A stretch of DNA of 64,000 bases from Mobula hypostoma. Its lineage: Eukaryota. The stretch lies in NCBI RefSeq assembly GCF_963921235.1, contig NC_086097.1, forward strand, positions 88,848,001 through 88,912,000, written 5' to 3'. The translations under genes were made by a program, and so were the position numbers. Positions within the stretch are counted from its first letter, which is position 1, and the number at the start of each line of letters is the position of its first letter. Positions 1-11,708 of this stretch are shown here, in pieces. The notes under the pieces were generated by a model, which worked only from the letters and a program-made list of their open reading frames with translations, did no database searches and had not been told where the DNA came from.

Positions 1-1385
1 GAGACCCATATCAGAATCAGGCTTATCATTATATAATTATTAACATTCTCCACTCACATCAGAAGCAAATGCTTCAATGTGCACTCCAAAACTTGTGCAT
101 GTGGTCTAAATTTAGAGGACGGCACTTGCAGACGATATACCTCTCAGGTACACATCCAGTGACATTATTCTGAATAAAACCTCAACCCTAAGTGCAATCT
201 TAACTTCTGAATAAGTACTTATCCTCCTAACCAAAACTTCTCTGCTGTTGGCTGTTGCCAAGTGGAAATTTTTGTTCCTAAAATACATCAAGAACAGCGC
301 TTTGAAGCTGTCTATCGTTCACTTCATGTTATGCTGCATGGGACATTTTCGAACACCAAAGGAAACCTTTTCTCGTCCTGGGCTCTTTACCAGGAGGCGA
401 GATTCCTGCTTCCCACAGTTGATCAAGGAGAGAATGAAGAGGCTTAGAGACTGGAACCTACAGCTATTTATCTTCCTGCTGCTGTATTCACTCACTGTGT
501 TCCATTCTTTGTTGCTGTAACTGATCTCGGCCCCCAAGGAGTGAGCCTGTTCTGTTTTATGAACAAAACAGCGACCTCATTGTGCCAGAGTTACTGGAGA
601 TACTTTGAGATCCATCCAACTGATAGAGATATTCAGCAGCAGACATAACGTGAATTCCCTGAATAGAACCAATGTTTCTAAATTCCCACAAAGCTCACTG
701 TAAAAAAAAGAGCAAAAACCAGCTGTTCTTACCAGCAGGTGCTATATCACATTTTCCACAAATGACAACCCGCTTCGTTTAAGTTTATTGTTTTGCATCA
801 AACCTTTGAGCAATATTCGCCACTATTACCGGGACTGCTCCGCATCACCTCAGCCTTTGTTTTGCCATACAGTCCCACACACTTTTACAATCCGTTTCAG
901 TCTACAGGTGCGATCAACAAGGAACTAGCAACAATTGCTTTCCATCAACGGAGCCTTCCAACGCTGAGGTTCTGAAAAAGTTTTATTAATTGATTTTTTT
1001 TCTTTCAGGGGCACCCGGAAATTAAATACTTCAAAACAAGTGCAGCTTCGAACAGAAGACATAAAGGAAATTAAAAAAAACAAACACTGTAAGGAGTAAG
1101 AGAAAGGAATGAGAATTAGAAAAGAGACGTAGACAAACATGAGAAAGACTTGTATTTAAGCAACATTTTCAACTAGTGCAACACTTCCAATGTGAAGCTC
1201 AGAGAGTGATTTCAATGTATGAATCAGACCTAATACAAAGCTTCCAAATTGTGATTCAGAACTAATAGAGCTGTTTTAATGAAAGCAGATGGTACATCTT
1301 TTTTGATGTGCAGACCACAACTTGCCTAGTGTGTTGTACGTGTAGTTCTCAAACAGTGAAGTGCTTTCAGCATGGAGTTCATAGG

Positions 1386-1443
1386 CAGTGTAGTTTCAGA
1401 CTGTGCAGTGACTTCAGTGTGTAGTTTGATTGTGCAGTCATTT
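1386..1443. repeat. Left part of the same minisatellite, separated by the CR1 insertion
   Basis: cagtgtagtttcagactgtgcagtgacttcagtgtgtagtttgattgtgcagtcattt matches the unit at 4408-4690. Confidence 0.9.
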
Positions 1444-4407
1444 AGAACCATAGAACCATAGAAACTACAGCACAGAAACAGGCCTTTTTGGCCCTTCTTG
1501 GCTGTGCCGAACCATTTTCTGCCTAGTCCCACTGACCTGCACACGGACCATATCCCTCCATACACCTCCCATCCATGTATCTGTCCAATTTATTCTTAAA
1601 TGTTAAAAGAGAACACACATTTACCACTTTGTCTGGCAGCTCATTCCATACTCCCACCACTCTCTGTGTGAAGAAGCCCCCGCTAATGTTCCCTTTAAAC
1701 TTTTCCCCCCTCACCCTTAACCCATGTCCTCTGGTTTTTTTCTCCCCTTGCCTCAGTGGAAAAAGCCTGCTTGCATTCACTCTATCTATACCCATCATAA
1801 TTTTATATACCTCTATCAAATCTCCCCTCATTCTTCTACGTTCCAGGGAATAAAGTCCTAACCTATTCAACCTTTCTCTGTAACTGAGTTTCTCAAGTCC
1901 CGGCAACATCCTTGTAAACCTTCTCTGCGCTCTTTCAACCTTATTTATATCCTTCCTGTAATTTGGTGACCAAAACTGAACACAATACTCCAGATTCAGC
2001 CTCACCAATGCCTTATACAACCTCATCATAACATTACAGCTCTTATACTCAATACTTTGATTAATAAAGGCCAATGTACCAAAAGCTCTCTTTATGACCC
2101 TATCTACCTGTGACGCCACTTTTAGGGAATTTTGTATCTGTATTCCCAGATCCCTCTGTTCCACTGCACTCCTCAGTGCCTTACCATTAACCCTGTATGT
2201 TCTACCTTGGTTTGTCCTTCCAACATGCAATACCTCACACTTGTCTGTATTAAACTCCATCTGCCATTTTTCAGCCCATTTTTCCAGCTGGTCCAAGTCC
2301 CTCTGCAGGCTCTGAAAACCTTCCTCACTGTCTACTACACCTCCAATCTTTGTATCATCAGCAAATTTGCTGATCCAATTTACATTATCATCCAGATCAT
2401 TGATATAGATGACAAATAACAATGGACCCAGCACTGATCCCTGTGGCACACGACTAGTCACAGGCCTCCACTCGGAGAAGCAATTCTCTACCACCACTCT
2501 TTGGCTTCTTCCATTGAGCCAATGTCTAATCCAATTTACCACCTCTCCATGTATACCTAGCGACTGAATCTTCCTAACTAACCTCCCATGCGGGACCTTG
2601 TCAAAGGCCTTACTGAATTCCATGTAGACAATATCCACTGCCTTCCCTTCATCCACTTTCCTGGTAACCTCCTCGAAAAACTCCAATAGATTGGTCAAAC
2701 ATGACCTACCACGCACAAAGCCACGTTGACTGTCCCTAATAAGTCCCTGTCTATCCAAATGCTTGTAGACTCTGTCTCTTAGTACTCCCTCCAATAACTT
2801 ACCTACTACCGACATTAAAGTTACTGGCCTATAATTTCCCGGATTACTTTTCGATCCTTTTTTAAACAACGGAACAACATGAGCCACTCTCCAATCCTCT
2901 GGCACCTCACCTGTAGACAGCGACACTTTAAATATTTCTGCCAGGGCCCCTGCAATTTCAACACTAGTCTCCTTCAAGGTCCGAGGGAACACCCTGTCAG
3001 GTCCCGGGGATTTATCCACTTTAATTTTCCTCAAGACAGCAAGGACCTCCTCCTTTTCGATCTGTAGTTTCCATGATCTCACTACTTGTTACCCTTAATT
3101 CCATAGACTTCATGCCAGTTTCCTTAGTAAATACAGATGCAAAAAACCTATTTAAGATCTCCCCCATTTCCTTTGGTTCCGCACATAGCCGACCACTCTG
3201 ATCTTCAAGAGGACCAATTTTATCCCTTACAATCCTTTTGCTCTTAATATACCTGTAAAAGCTCTTTGGATTATCCTTCACTTTGACTGCCAAGGCAACC
3301 TCATGTCTTCTTTTAGCCCTCCTGATTTCTTTCTTAAGTATTTTCTTGCACTTCTTATACTCCTCAAGCACCTTATTTACTCCCTGCTTCCTATACGTGT
3401 CATACAACTCCCTCTTCTTCTTTATCAGAGTTGCAATATCCCTTGAGAACCAAGGTTCCTTATTCCTATTCACTTTGCCTTTAATCCTGACAGGAGCATA
3501 CAAATTCTGCACTCTCAAAATTTCTCCTTTGAAGGCTTCCCACCTACCGATCACATCCTTGCCAGAGAACAACCTGTCCCAATCCACGCTTTTTAGATCC
3601 TTTCTCATTTCTTCAAATTTGGCCTTCTTCCAGTTAAGAACCTCAACTCTAGGACCAGATCTATCCTTGTCCATGATCAAGTTGAAACTAATGGTGTTAT
3701 GATCACTGGAACCAAAGTGCTCCCCTACACAGACTTCTGTCACTTGTCCTAACTCGTTTCCTAACAGGAGATCCAATATTGCATCCCCTCTAGTTGGTCC
3801 CTCTATATATTGATTTAGAAAACTTTCCTGAACACATTTTACAAACTCTAAACCATCTAGACCCCTAACAGTGTGGGAGACCCAATCAATATATGGAAAA
3901 TTAAAATCCCCTACCACCACAACTTTATGTTTCCTGCAGTTGCCTGCTACCTCTCTGCAGATTTGCTCTTCCAATTCTCGTTGACTATTGGGTGGTCTGT
4001 AATACAATCCCACTAATGTGGCCATACCTTTCCTGTTTCTCAGCTCCACCCATAAGGCCTCAGTAGACAAGCTCTCTAATCTGTCCTGCCTGAGCACTGC
4101 TGTAATATTTCCCCTAACAAGCAATACTACTCCCCCACCTTTCACTCCTCTGCCTCGATCACATCTGAAACATCGGAACCCTGGAATATTAAGCTGCCAG
4201 TCCTGCCCCTCCTGTAGCCAAGTTTCACTAATTGCTATAACGTCATAATTCCACATGTCAATCCATGCCCTCAACTCATCCACCTTCCCCGCAATACTCC
4301 TAGCATTGAAATATATACACCTCAGAAGATTTTTACCACCACTCACAACCTTTCTATTAGCAGATTTGCTTGAACTTTTAACATAATTTATTTTCACCCC
4401 AGCCACA
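1444..4407 (-). mobile_element. CR1-clade LINE, 5'-truncated just before ORF2; APE + RT nearly intact
   Basis: APE motifs YFNARSI, ISETWL, VGDFN and SDH; RT motifs PGPD, NYRPV, VPQGSVLGP and FADD; CR1-type (TTCTATGG)n tail at about 1444-1465. Confidence 0.96.
1523..4406 (-). pseudogene. CR1 ORF2 (endonuclease/reverse transcriptase) split by one frameshift near 3060-3070
   Basis: Overlapping ORFs 3021-4406 (461 aa, APE) and 1523-3082 (519 aa, RT); the reading switches frame at EIMET / QIEKEEV. Confidence 0.9.
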
Positions 4408-4690
4408 CAGTGTGTAGTTTCAGACTGTGCAGTGATTTCAGTGTGTAGTTTGACTGTGCAGTGATTTCAGTGTGTAGTTTGACTGTGCAGTGATTTCAGT
4501 GTGTAGTTTCAGACTGTGCAGTGATTTCAGTGTGTAGTTTCAGACTGTGCAGTGATTTCAGTGTGTAGTTTGACTGTGCAGTGATTTCAGTGTGTAGTTT
4601 GACTGTGAAGTGATTTCAGTGTGTAGTTTGACTGTGAAGTGATTTCAGTGTGTAGTTTCAGACTGTGCAGTGATTTCAGTGTGTAGTTCA
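4408..4690. repeat. 29-31 bp minisatellite (cagtgtgtagttt[ca]gactgtgcagtgattt)n, about 9-10 units
   Basis: Directly visible tandem units; about two more units at 1386-1443 on the other side of the CR1. Confidence 0.95.
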
Positions 4691-4908
4691 GAAATAGTAC
4701 AGCGAATAGAACAAAGACAAGAGCAGAAATTACAGTGTGTGTTCGCAGTGCAGAGATTACAGAGCATGTTTCACACAGACACTGCAGTTAATTTAATGTA
4801 CAGTGCACAGACAGCAGAGTGTTTTCAATGTACCCTTCCAGGTAATGTGCTTGAAACTGAGAGTTATGTCTGTGCTGAGGGTTATGGCAACAATCTAGTG
4901 AAACTTAC

Positions 4909-5034
4909 GTGAGTCTAAAGCAAGGCGGCAATCAAAGCCAGCCCAACCAGCACGGCAGAGACAGGCATAGCGGTTTACATCATCCACGCACGTCCCACCA
5001 TTGAGACAAGGATTACTGGCACACTCATTTATAT
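4909..5034 (-). CDS. FBLN7: Fibulin-7-family gene, coding exon 4 (calcium-binding EGF domain); not in the ORF track
   Basis: Acceptor ctctcttcctgcag|AT, donor TCAC|GTAAGT; 126 bp, phase 1-1. Encodes (N)INECASNPCLNGGTCVDDVNRYACLCRAGWAGFDCRLALDS with six EGF cysteines, in frame with exon 3. Confidence 0.93.
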
Positions 5035-6019
5035 CTGCAGGAAGAGAGTACAGGCAATGGGCAGAATTAGTGCTTAAGCTGATGCGCTGCTCTTGAGCTG
5101 ATTAAAGCAGCAAGTATTTACATGCCACCTTTATTAATCAAATGGAATCCCAAGTTCCCAATGTTTGACACCGAGACTCAAAAGAGATTAGGACACTTGG
5201 GCAAATAGTTTCAAGGGAACATATTGAAGGAGGAAAGTGAATTAAGAAACGCAGGCAATTCAAGCAGGGAATTGGAATTCATTGGCTCCGGGTAGATGAA
5301 AGTATTGTAAACAGGGGACTGCTCTATAGATCAGTGTCGTTGGAATGGTTAATCTAGGAAGCACAAGAGACTAGAAGCAGAGAAAACTCAGAAGGCTGCA
5401 GGGCATGAGGAGGTGGCAAGGAAAGGAAATGGAGAGATTTAATACTCATAACAGTTCAATAGTGTGTGGTGGGTTATCAACTGTCCGGGAGGATTTATGT
5501 CGTGGTGGGGGGTGGAGTTTATCCACATTAAAGTTCTTTCACTCCTGCCGGAGGAAAGGGCAAGTCCAAGGTTTTCATTTGAACTTGAATACAACAGGGC
5601 AGTTATCCTGCCTAATATGAGTGAAACTGGTGCTGAGAACAATGGCTACCCAAACAGTATGGGACTAAGAGGGGCTGTTATACCAGCAATGAGACTCCAG
5701 AGACTAAACCACTCCTTCCATTCGCTGCACATGATTGAGGACTTCCTGCACTGACAACAAAGCCATGCTTGGACTGTAGTCAGAGACAACTCCCAGCTCA
5801 CAGATCACTTATATAGAGAGCACAGTGATGTGCCAACCAATAACTTGGGGCAGGGATAACACAACAGGACTTCTCAGAAATAGCAATCTAATTTGTAACA
5901 GCTCAGCTCAAAGAAGAACTTTCAGCTCCATAAAACCCATACTTCAGTCTGGATGCCGCATTATAGGAAGCATGTGGAGGCTTTAGAAAGGGTACTTTAC
6001 TAGGAATTTGAAGTGACTT

Positions 6020-6612
6020 GGCATGTCAATAAATACACTCTAAAACTTCTATAGTTGTACCATGGAGAGCATTCTGACAGGCTGCATCACTGTCTGGTAT
6101 GGAGGGGCTACTGCACAGGACCGAAAAAAGCTGCAGAAGGTTGTAAAGCTAGTCAGCTCCATCTTGGGCATTAGCCTACAAAGCACCCAGGACATCTTTA
6201 GGGAGCGGTGTCTCAGAAAGGCAGCGTCCATTATTAAGGACCTCCAGCACCCAGGGAGTGCCCTTTTCTCACTGATTGTACCATCAGCTAGGAGGTACAG
6301 AAGCCTGAAGGCGCACACTCAGCGATTCAGGAACAGCTTCTTCCCCTCTGCCATCCGATTCCTGAATAGACATTGAAGCTTTGGACACTACCTCACTTTT
6401 TTTTTAATATACAGTATTTCTGTTTTTGCACATTTTTTAAAAACCTATTCAACATACATAATTGATTTACTTGTTTATTTATTATGTTTTAATTATTTAT
6501 TATTTTCTCTCTCTCTCTCTCTCTGCTAGATTATGTATTGCATTGAACTGCTGCTGCTAAATTAATAATTTCATGTCACATGTAGGGGCCAATAAAACTG
6601 ATTCTGATTCTC
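6020..6612 (+). mobile_element. Rex1/Babar-type LINE 3' fragment inserted in an older CR1 fragment
   Basis: ORF 6062-6376 ESILTGCITVWYG...RCLRKAASIIKDLQHPG...NSFFPSAIRFLN, the same C-terminus as 30979-31803; (attctg)n tail. Confidence 0.85.
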
Positions 6613-6614
6613 TA

Positions 6615-7075
6615 ATCTACCGGACACTGCCTAGATTTCAAAGAATATCTTAAGGAAAAGTTGAGAGATTTAGAGCTTTTCTCCTTGGAGTGGAGGATGA
6701 GAGGTGACTTGATAGAGGTACAAGATGATAAAAGGCATAGGTTGAATGGACAAGTAGCACCATTCTCCCCCAGAATGGAAATGGCTACCAAGGGACATAA
6801 TTTTAAGGTGATGGGAGAGAAGTATAGGGGGATGTCAGAGACAAGTTTTTCTTTTGCAGAGGGTGGTGGATGTGTGTAATGTGCTGCCAAGGGTGGTGGG
6901 AGAAGCAGATATACAGTCTTAGGGACATCTCAGAGAGTCTTACGAAGGCATGCAGTTGAGAGAGAAATGGAGAGCAATATGGGAGGGAAGGGTTAGACCG
7001 ATCTTGGAGTCGTTTAAAAGCTGGCACAACATCATGAGCTGAAGTCCCTGTACTATGCTGTAGTGTTCTATACAG
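6615..7075 (+). mobile_element. Degenerate CR1 3' fragment
   Basis: LELFSLEWRMRGDLIEV and TKGHNFKV motifs, matching the CR1 C-terminus seen in 1523-1870. Confidence 0.8.
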
Positions 7076-7329
7076 TGCTTTCCACATCTTCTAGCCATTC
7101 CAAAGCATTTTGCTGCCTATGGAATGCTCTTGATATGTGGATGCTATGGAAAATTTGACAACATGAATCAAAGGCTTGTGTGAATGAGAGTGCAGGGTAT
7201 GAGGAAATGGGTGAATGGGGATGATTGGCTGGGTGTTGATAAAGACCCATTAGATTGAATAGTCTCCTTCCTTGTTGTAGTCAATCTGCCTATAAGGAAA
7301 ATCACACAGTCAGCAAACAATATTAACCA

Positions 7330-8395
7330 GAAATCTTGAGCAACACAAAGTGCTGGAGAAACTCAGCAAGTCCGGTAGCACCTATGAGTGGGAATAAGCA
7401 GTCGACGGTTTGGACTGAGACCCTTCATCAGGCCTGGAAAGGAAGGGTGCAGAATCCAGAATAAGAAAGTGGGGGAGGGGGAAGATGTACAAGCTGACGG
7501 GTAATAGGTGAAGAATGAGGGAGGATGAGTTATATAAGCTGGGAGGTGATAGGTGGAAGAGGTAGAGGGCTGAAAAGAAGGAATCTGACAGGACAGGACA
7601 GTGGACCATGAAGGAAAGGGAAGGAGGAGGGCCAGAGAGAGGTAAGGAGAAAAGAAGGGGTGAGAGAGAAATCAGAATGGGGAATGGAAAAAAGGGAAAG
7701 GGGAGAAATTATTGGAAGTTAGAGAAATCAATGTTCATTCATCATGTTGGAAGCCACTCAAGACAGAATATGAGGCATTACTCCTCCAATCCAAGTATGG
7801 TCTCATGTGATAGTACAGGAGGCCTTGTACTGACATACCGGAATGGGAATGAGATGTCGAAATTAACTGGGTGGCCACTGGGAAATCCCAACTCTCGTGG
7901 CAGACAGAGCCAAGGTGCTCAGTGAAGCAGTCCCTCAAAATACGTCAGGTCTCACTAATGTAGAGGAGGCCACATCAGGAGCACCAGATACAGTACATGA
8001 CCCTGACAGACTTGCAGGTGTAGCACTGCCTTAACCTCAAGCACTGTTTGGGGCCCTGACTGGAGTTGAGGGAGAAGGTGTAGGGGCAGGTATAGCACTT
8101 GTAGGGATAAGTGCCAGGATCAGTGGTGAGAGACGAGTAGGCAAGGGAGAATTTCTTCAGCCTTTACCTCTTCCCATCACTTCCCAGGTTCTTACATCAC
8201 CCCGCGCCCACCCCCCCCCAACTTTCCCTTCACCTGGTTTCAACTATTACCTGCAAGTTTCTACCCCCTCCACTCCCTTTTTTCTAATTCTAGCTTCTAC
8301 CCCCTTCCTTTCCAATCTTGACGAAGGGTCTCAGCCTGAAATATTGACCGTTTATTCCTCTGCATAGATGCTGCCTGACCTGCTGGAGTTTGTTC
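7330..8395. mobile_element. Penelope-like element remnant with inverted arrangement (minus 7330-8150, plus 8152-8395)
   Basis: pLTR-type motif at both ends in opposite orientation (7401-7435 and 8317-8350); degenerate GIY-YIG region (MRDCFTEHL...FPVATQL). Confidence 0.8.
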
Positions 8396-9106
8396 AAGTG
8401 ATAATACTTAGGAGCAAACACTGGCTCAAACTTGCACGTTTCTCTTCAAAACAGCACCATATAGATGTGAGAGAACAGTTATGTGACATCCTACCTGTAA
8501 GACATCTCTAAATGACGCCCCCCCCCACCCACTCTATAACAGCACCCCACCCCTATTAGTGCTCAATGCTTCTATGGAACGATCAGCATAGATTTCACAG
8601 TCATGTTGCTGGAGAGCAACCAACAACCTGCCACTTACAATGCTGACGTCCCACAGCAAAGACAAATTCACTTTCACCTCACGTAGTCAAAGTTACACAA
8701 GGGCAAAGTAGTATTTGACATCAAGAATGTGCGTAACCTTTTTCTGCAAGAACAACGAAACTGTGGAGCGGACTGCAGGGAAAATTGTTGAATGGCAGTT
8801 CTGTAAATTTCATCAAATGAGATCCACAATGTTGAAGCTGATGCAGAGATTAGCTTATACACGAGTCTGATTAGCCTTAGCTTGGGCCATTGCATTATCT
8901 GAGAGAAATGCAGTCCAGGAGAAATTTTCAAGAACTATCCCGAGAAATTCCCTGAACTAGATTTTTGTTTTCTGGATTTAACTTCCTTTCCCAGGAGATG
9001 CTGGAGCGGGGGCCTGAAATGCAAGGAATATGACACTGGGATGCATCAGACAGTCTGACTGGACAAAAAGCCCATTTCATCCCTGTTCAGGTTATGTTAC
9101 TAGCAA

Positions 9107-9663
9107 ACTTCCAGTTTGGTCACCGGCCATTCGTCCATGGTTTTCGGTCGGGCCCCGGGCACTCGGAGAGATTCGGCGGGGGGGGGGGTGGGCGTACAGC
9201 GCTCGGCGACTTGGGCCAGCTCCCCCACCGGACTTAGTCTGGTGAGGAGGGTGTGAGGATACCCAGCAGGACTAAAAAAGACAAAACCTGATAAAGGGCG
9301 GATGAGCTCCTTGTGAGCCAACAGCCATCTTCTGTGGAAGAGATTAAAGCCTCCCCACGTATTTACGAATCGTATGCTATGCACTTAGTTAGAAGAAACA
9401 TGATGAACTTGGGCGCTGCACCGTGTGCCTGGATCTGCCCAAGGCCTCCGTCTAAGGAAGGGCCAAGCTCGAAGAAGCGGCCGCGGCTGGAGGCCGATAC
9501 GGCCTCGGGCTCGAGTTCAGAGGGGGCGGCGGCGGGCGGTGCCAAGGCGGCCAGCGAGAACAAACTGGAGGAGAGGCTGTACTCGGTGCTGTCGCAAGAT
9601 CGAAGAAGGTGGAGGTGCATAGCCGCCAGCCCTGGATTCGGGACGGCACCCACTGACTGACTG
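9107..9663 (+). mobile_element. Small non-autonomous RTE-like element carrying a gene-fragment insert
   Basis: Direct repeat actagcaa at 9099-9106 and 9664-9671; (ctga)n tail. With the insert removed, the 3' part reads approximately MNL-AQDRRRWR, an RTE-type ORF C-terminus. Confidence 0.65.
9415..9592 (+). pseudogene. CYHR1: Circularly permuted fragment of a CYHR1/ZFTRAF1-like coding sequence
   Basis: 9417-9452 reads [12 protein letters not shown]; 9457-9591 reads EGPSSKKRPR...[12 protein letters not shown]. Recalled vertebrate CYHR1/ZFTRAF1 reads [25 protein letters not shown], so the two blocks are in the opposite order here. Confidence 0.85.
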
Positions 9664-10614
9664 ACTAGCAAGCAACCTGGTGGCTACACAAGTTCAAATC
9701 ACATCTTGGCAGAATGGAAATATGATTAATTAAATAAATTCTAAAAATAAAACAAAGATGGCAGCTATAAAGCTTGCAGATTCTTATATCAGACTGACAG
9801 TATCTGGCTTACCAGTGGCACTTAATTGAGAAAATTACATCCTTGACGTAATGTAGCTCATTGTTAACTCCCCTACAATGCACAACGAGGGATCAGCAAT
9901 GGATATTCACTTTTCATTAATGCACATGAGCTGTAAATGCAAATAGTTTAGTTTCTTTCTGTCAATATAAACACCAACCAATATTTACGTTAAATGTTTT
10001 CAGTCTACAGGCAACATGTTCCTTCTAAGAAACTTCCTTTGAAAACTAAAATTCTATTATTATCTGTCTTCTATGTGTTAATGGTAATAACCAATGTTAG
10101 CCTCAATTGTTCAAACAAATTATTTTCAAGAATGCTATAAAATGTCCATAGTTAGTACACATTTTTAATGGAGAGTAATATATTTCAGTGTGTTTTAAAC
10201 AGCCTGTGTGTCTCAATGTCAGTCCTATTACAAATATACAAGGTAAAAGGCGATGATTTACTCCAATCTGAGACTGGATGCTCATGTGTATTGCTGAGGC
10301 TGCTCCTGAATGCAAACAGGATATATTGCCTTCTATCGACAAATATAAATCTAGCATACATCTCATTTTTTTGCGCCAACACTTTATACACTGGTAGAAT
10401 GTGCTGCATTCGCTCTAGTGAATATAAATATAAAAGGAAGCAAATCTTGTTATTCAAAATTAAAAATCATTGCAGATGCCGGACATTTGAAATGAGAACA
10501 TAAAATGCAAGAGAAATTCAGCTTATCAGCAATACCTTTTTTCTGTTTGTATCAGGGCAGGGCATTTGTCCTCGCCTTTATATTTTCCAGATTTCTTTTC
10601 TTTCGTTTGTACAT

Positions 10615-10735
10615 CCTAGCCAGCTTGGCGCGTTGCCATATGCCCTAGCCTGCTTGGCACGCCCCCCCCCATATGACCTAGCCAGCTTGGCACATTGCCA
10701 TATGCCCTAGCCTGCTTGGCACGTTCCCCATAGAC
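10615..10735. repeat. Short tandem duplication (about 62-bp dimer of about 31-bp cctagcc[a/t]gcttggc subunits)
   Basis: cctagccagcttggc...gccatatgccctagcctgcttggcacg occurs twice. Confidence 0.85.
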
Positions 10736-11537
10736 CAGACTATGCACCATGCAGACTAAGCAGTATTAGAAACACATCACACAGAGAAAGAGGCTTAACT
10801 ATCTATTCAACAACTACATCATTTCATCCTATCACAGACATTCACTTTGTTGCTTCCACTGTCCTTCCCTACGTTCCCTGCTGCTTAGACTAACCCCCTT
10901 TCTTTCTCAGTTCTGATGAAGGGTCTTCAACCTGAAATATTGTTTCTCTTTACGCGCATGCTGCCCAACTTGCTGAGTTTTTCCCCCACATTTTATGCTT
11001 TTACTTCCCTTTCCTGTCTTGTACTGCACCTTGCAAATCCCTGCGCCTAACCATTAATTCTTGTACATGTAAGAGCAGGTTAATGTCAGGAGCTCTGTGC
11101 TGAATTGTACTGTATATGCCTCAGTTCTGATGCAACATCATTTCGACATTACTGCAATTACAGGATCGTTGAAGTGAAGCTGTTTAGCGGCAGGCACGAG
11201 TTTGCTAAAGCATTACTTTTGGTAAAGTAATCCAAGAGGTTTGAACATGTAGGACATTATACTAGTAATTATGAAAGTGTCTGCACTTTTAAGTCAGTGT
11301 AATAAAATGAACTATTTTAGCTATAAGCTCAGAAGGCTTATAAAGTGGTTTCCTCAGAACGGATTATTGCACTAACATGTTCCAGACTGGTGTAATAAAA
11401 AAAGGAGTCATATCATAATTCTTCTGTTTAAACAGCAGGAACTCCTACTGTAGAATGCCCTGTGTTTTCAGCCAGTGGTGTCTTGCAAAGTTTTGCCTTC
11501 CAGCTTTAAAATGGATTCTTCACTTCAGAAGACTTAC

Positions 11538-11708
11538 TTTTACAGAAAGGCAACTGTCCACTCCAGCTCTTGTCCTTAAGGCACACCCTAGTGTTCGACC
11601 CGACCAGGACAAAGCCAGGGTCACAGGCAAAATGCACCTCATGGCCCACCATGTACCTGCTTCCAAATTTCTTCCCATTATTTGGGGCTTGGAGCCTGGG
11701 ACATGTTT
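11538..11708 (-). CDS. FBLN7: Fibulin-7-family gene, coding exon 3 (sushi/CCP domain)
   Basis: Acceptor ttttgtctccacag|AA, donor AAAA|GTAAGT; 171 bp, phase 1-1. Encodes (E)TCPRLQAPNNGKKFGSRYMVGHEVHFACDPGFVLVGSNTRVCLKDKSWSGQLPFCK with the four Cys and the Trp of a CCP module. Confidence 0.95.

Noticed and set aside
1..1380. Next fibulin exon (exon 5)
   Set aside because: No Cys-patterned phase-1 exon with good splice sites was found by eye; it probably lies outside the window.
4408..4690. CRISPR-like array
   Set aside because: Units are head-to-tail with no unique spacers, and the context is vertebrate; it is a minisatellite.
9313..9660. 115-aa ORF as a real gene
   Set aside because: It is a chimera of repeat sequence, out-of-frame block A and in-frame block B of the CYHR1 fragment; the start is not ATG and there is no exon context.
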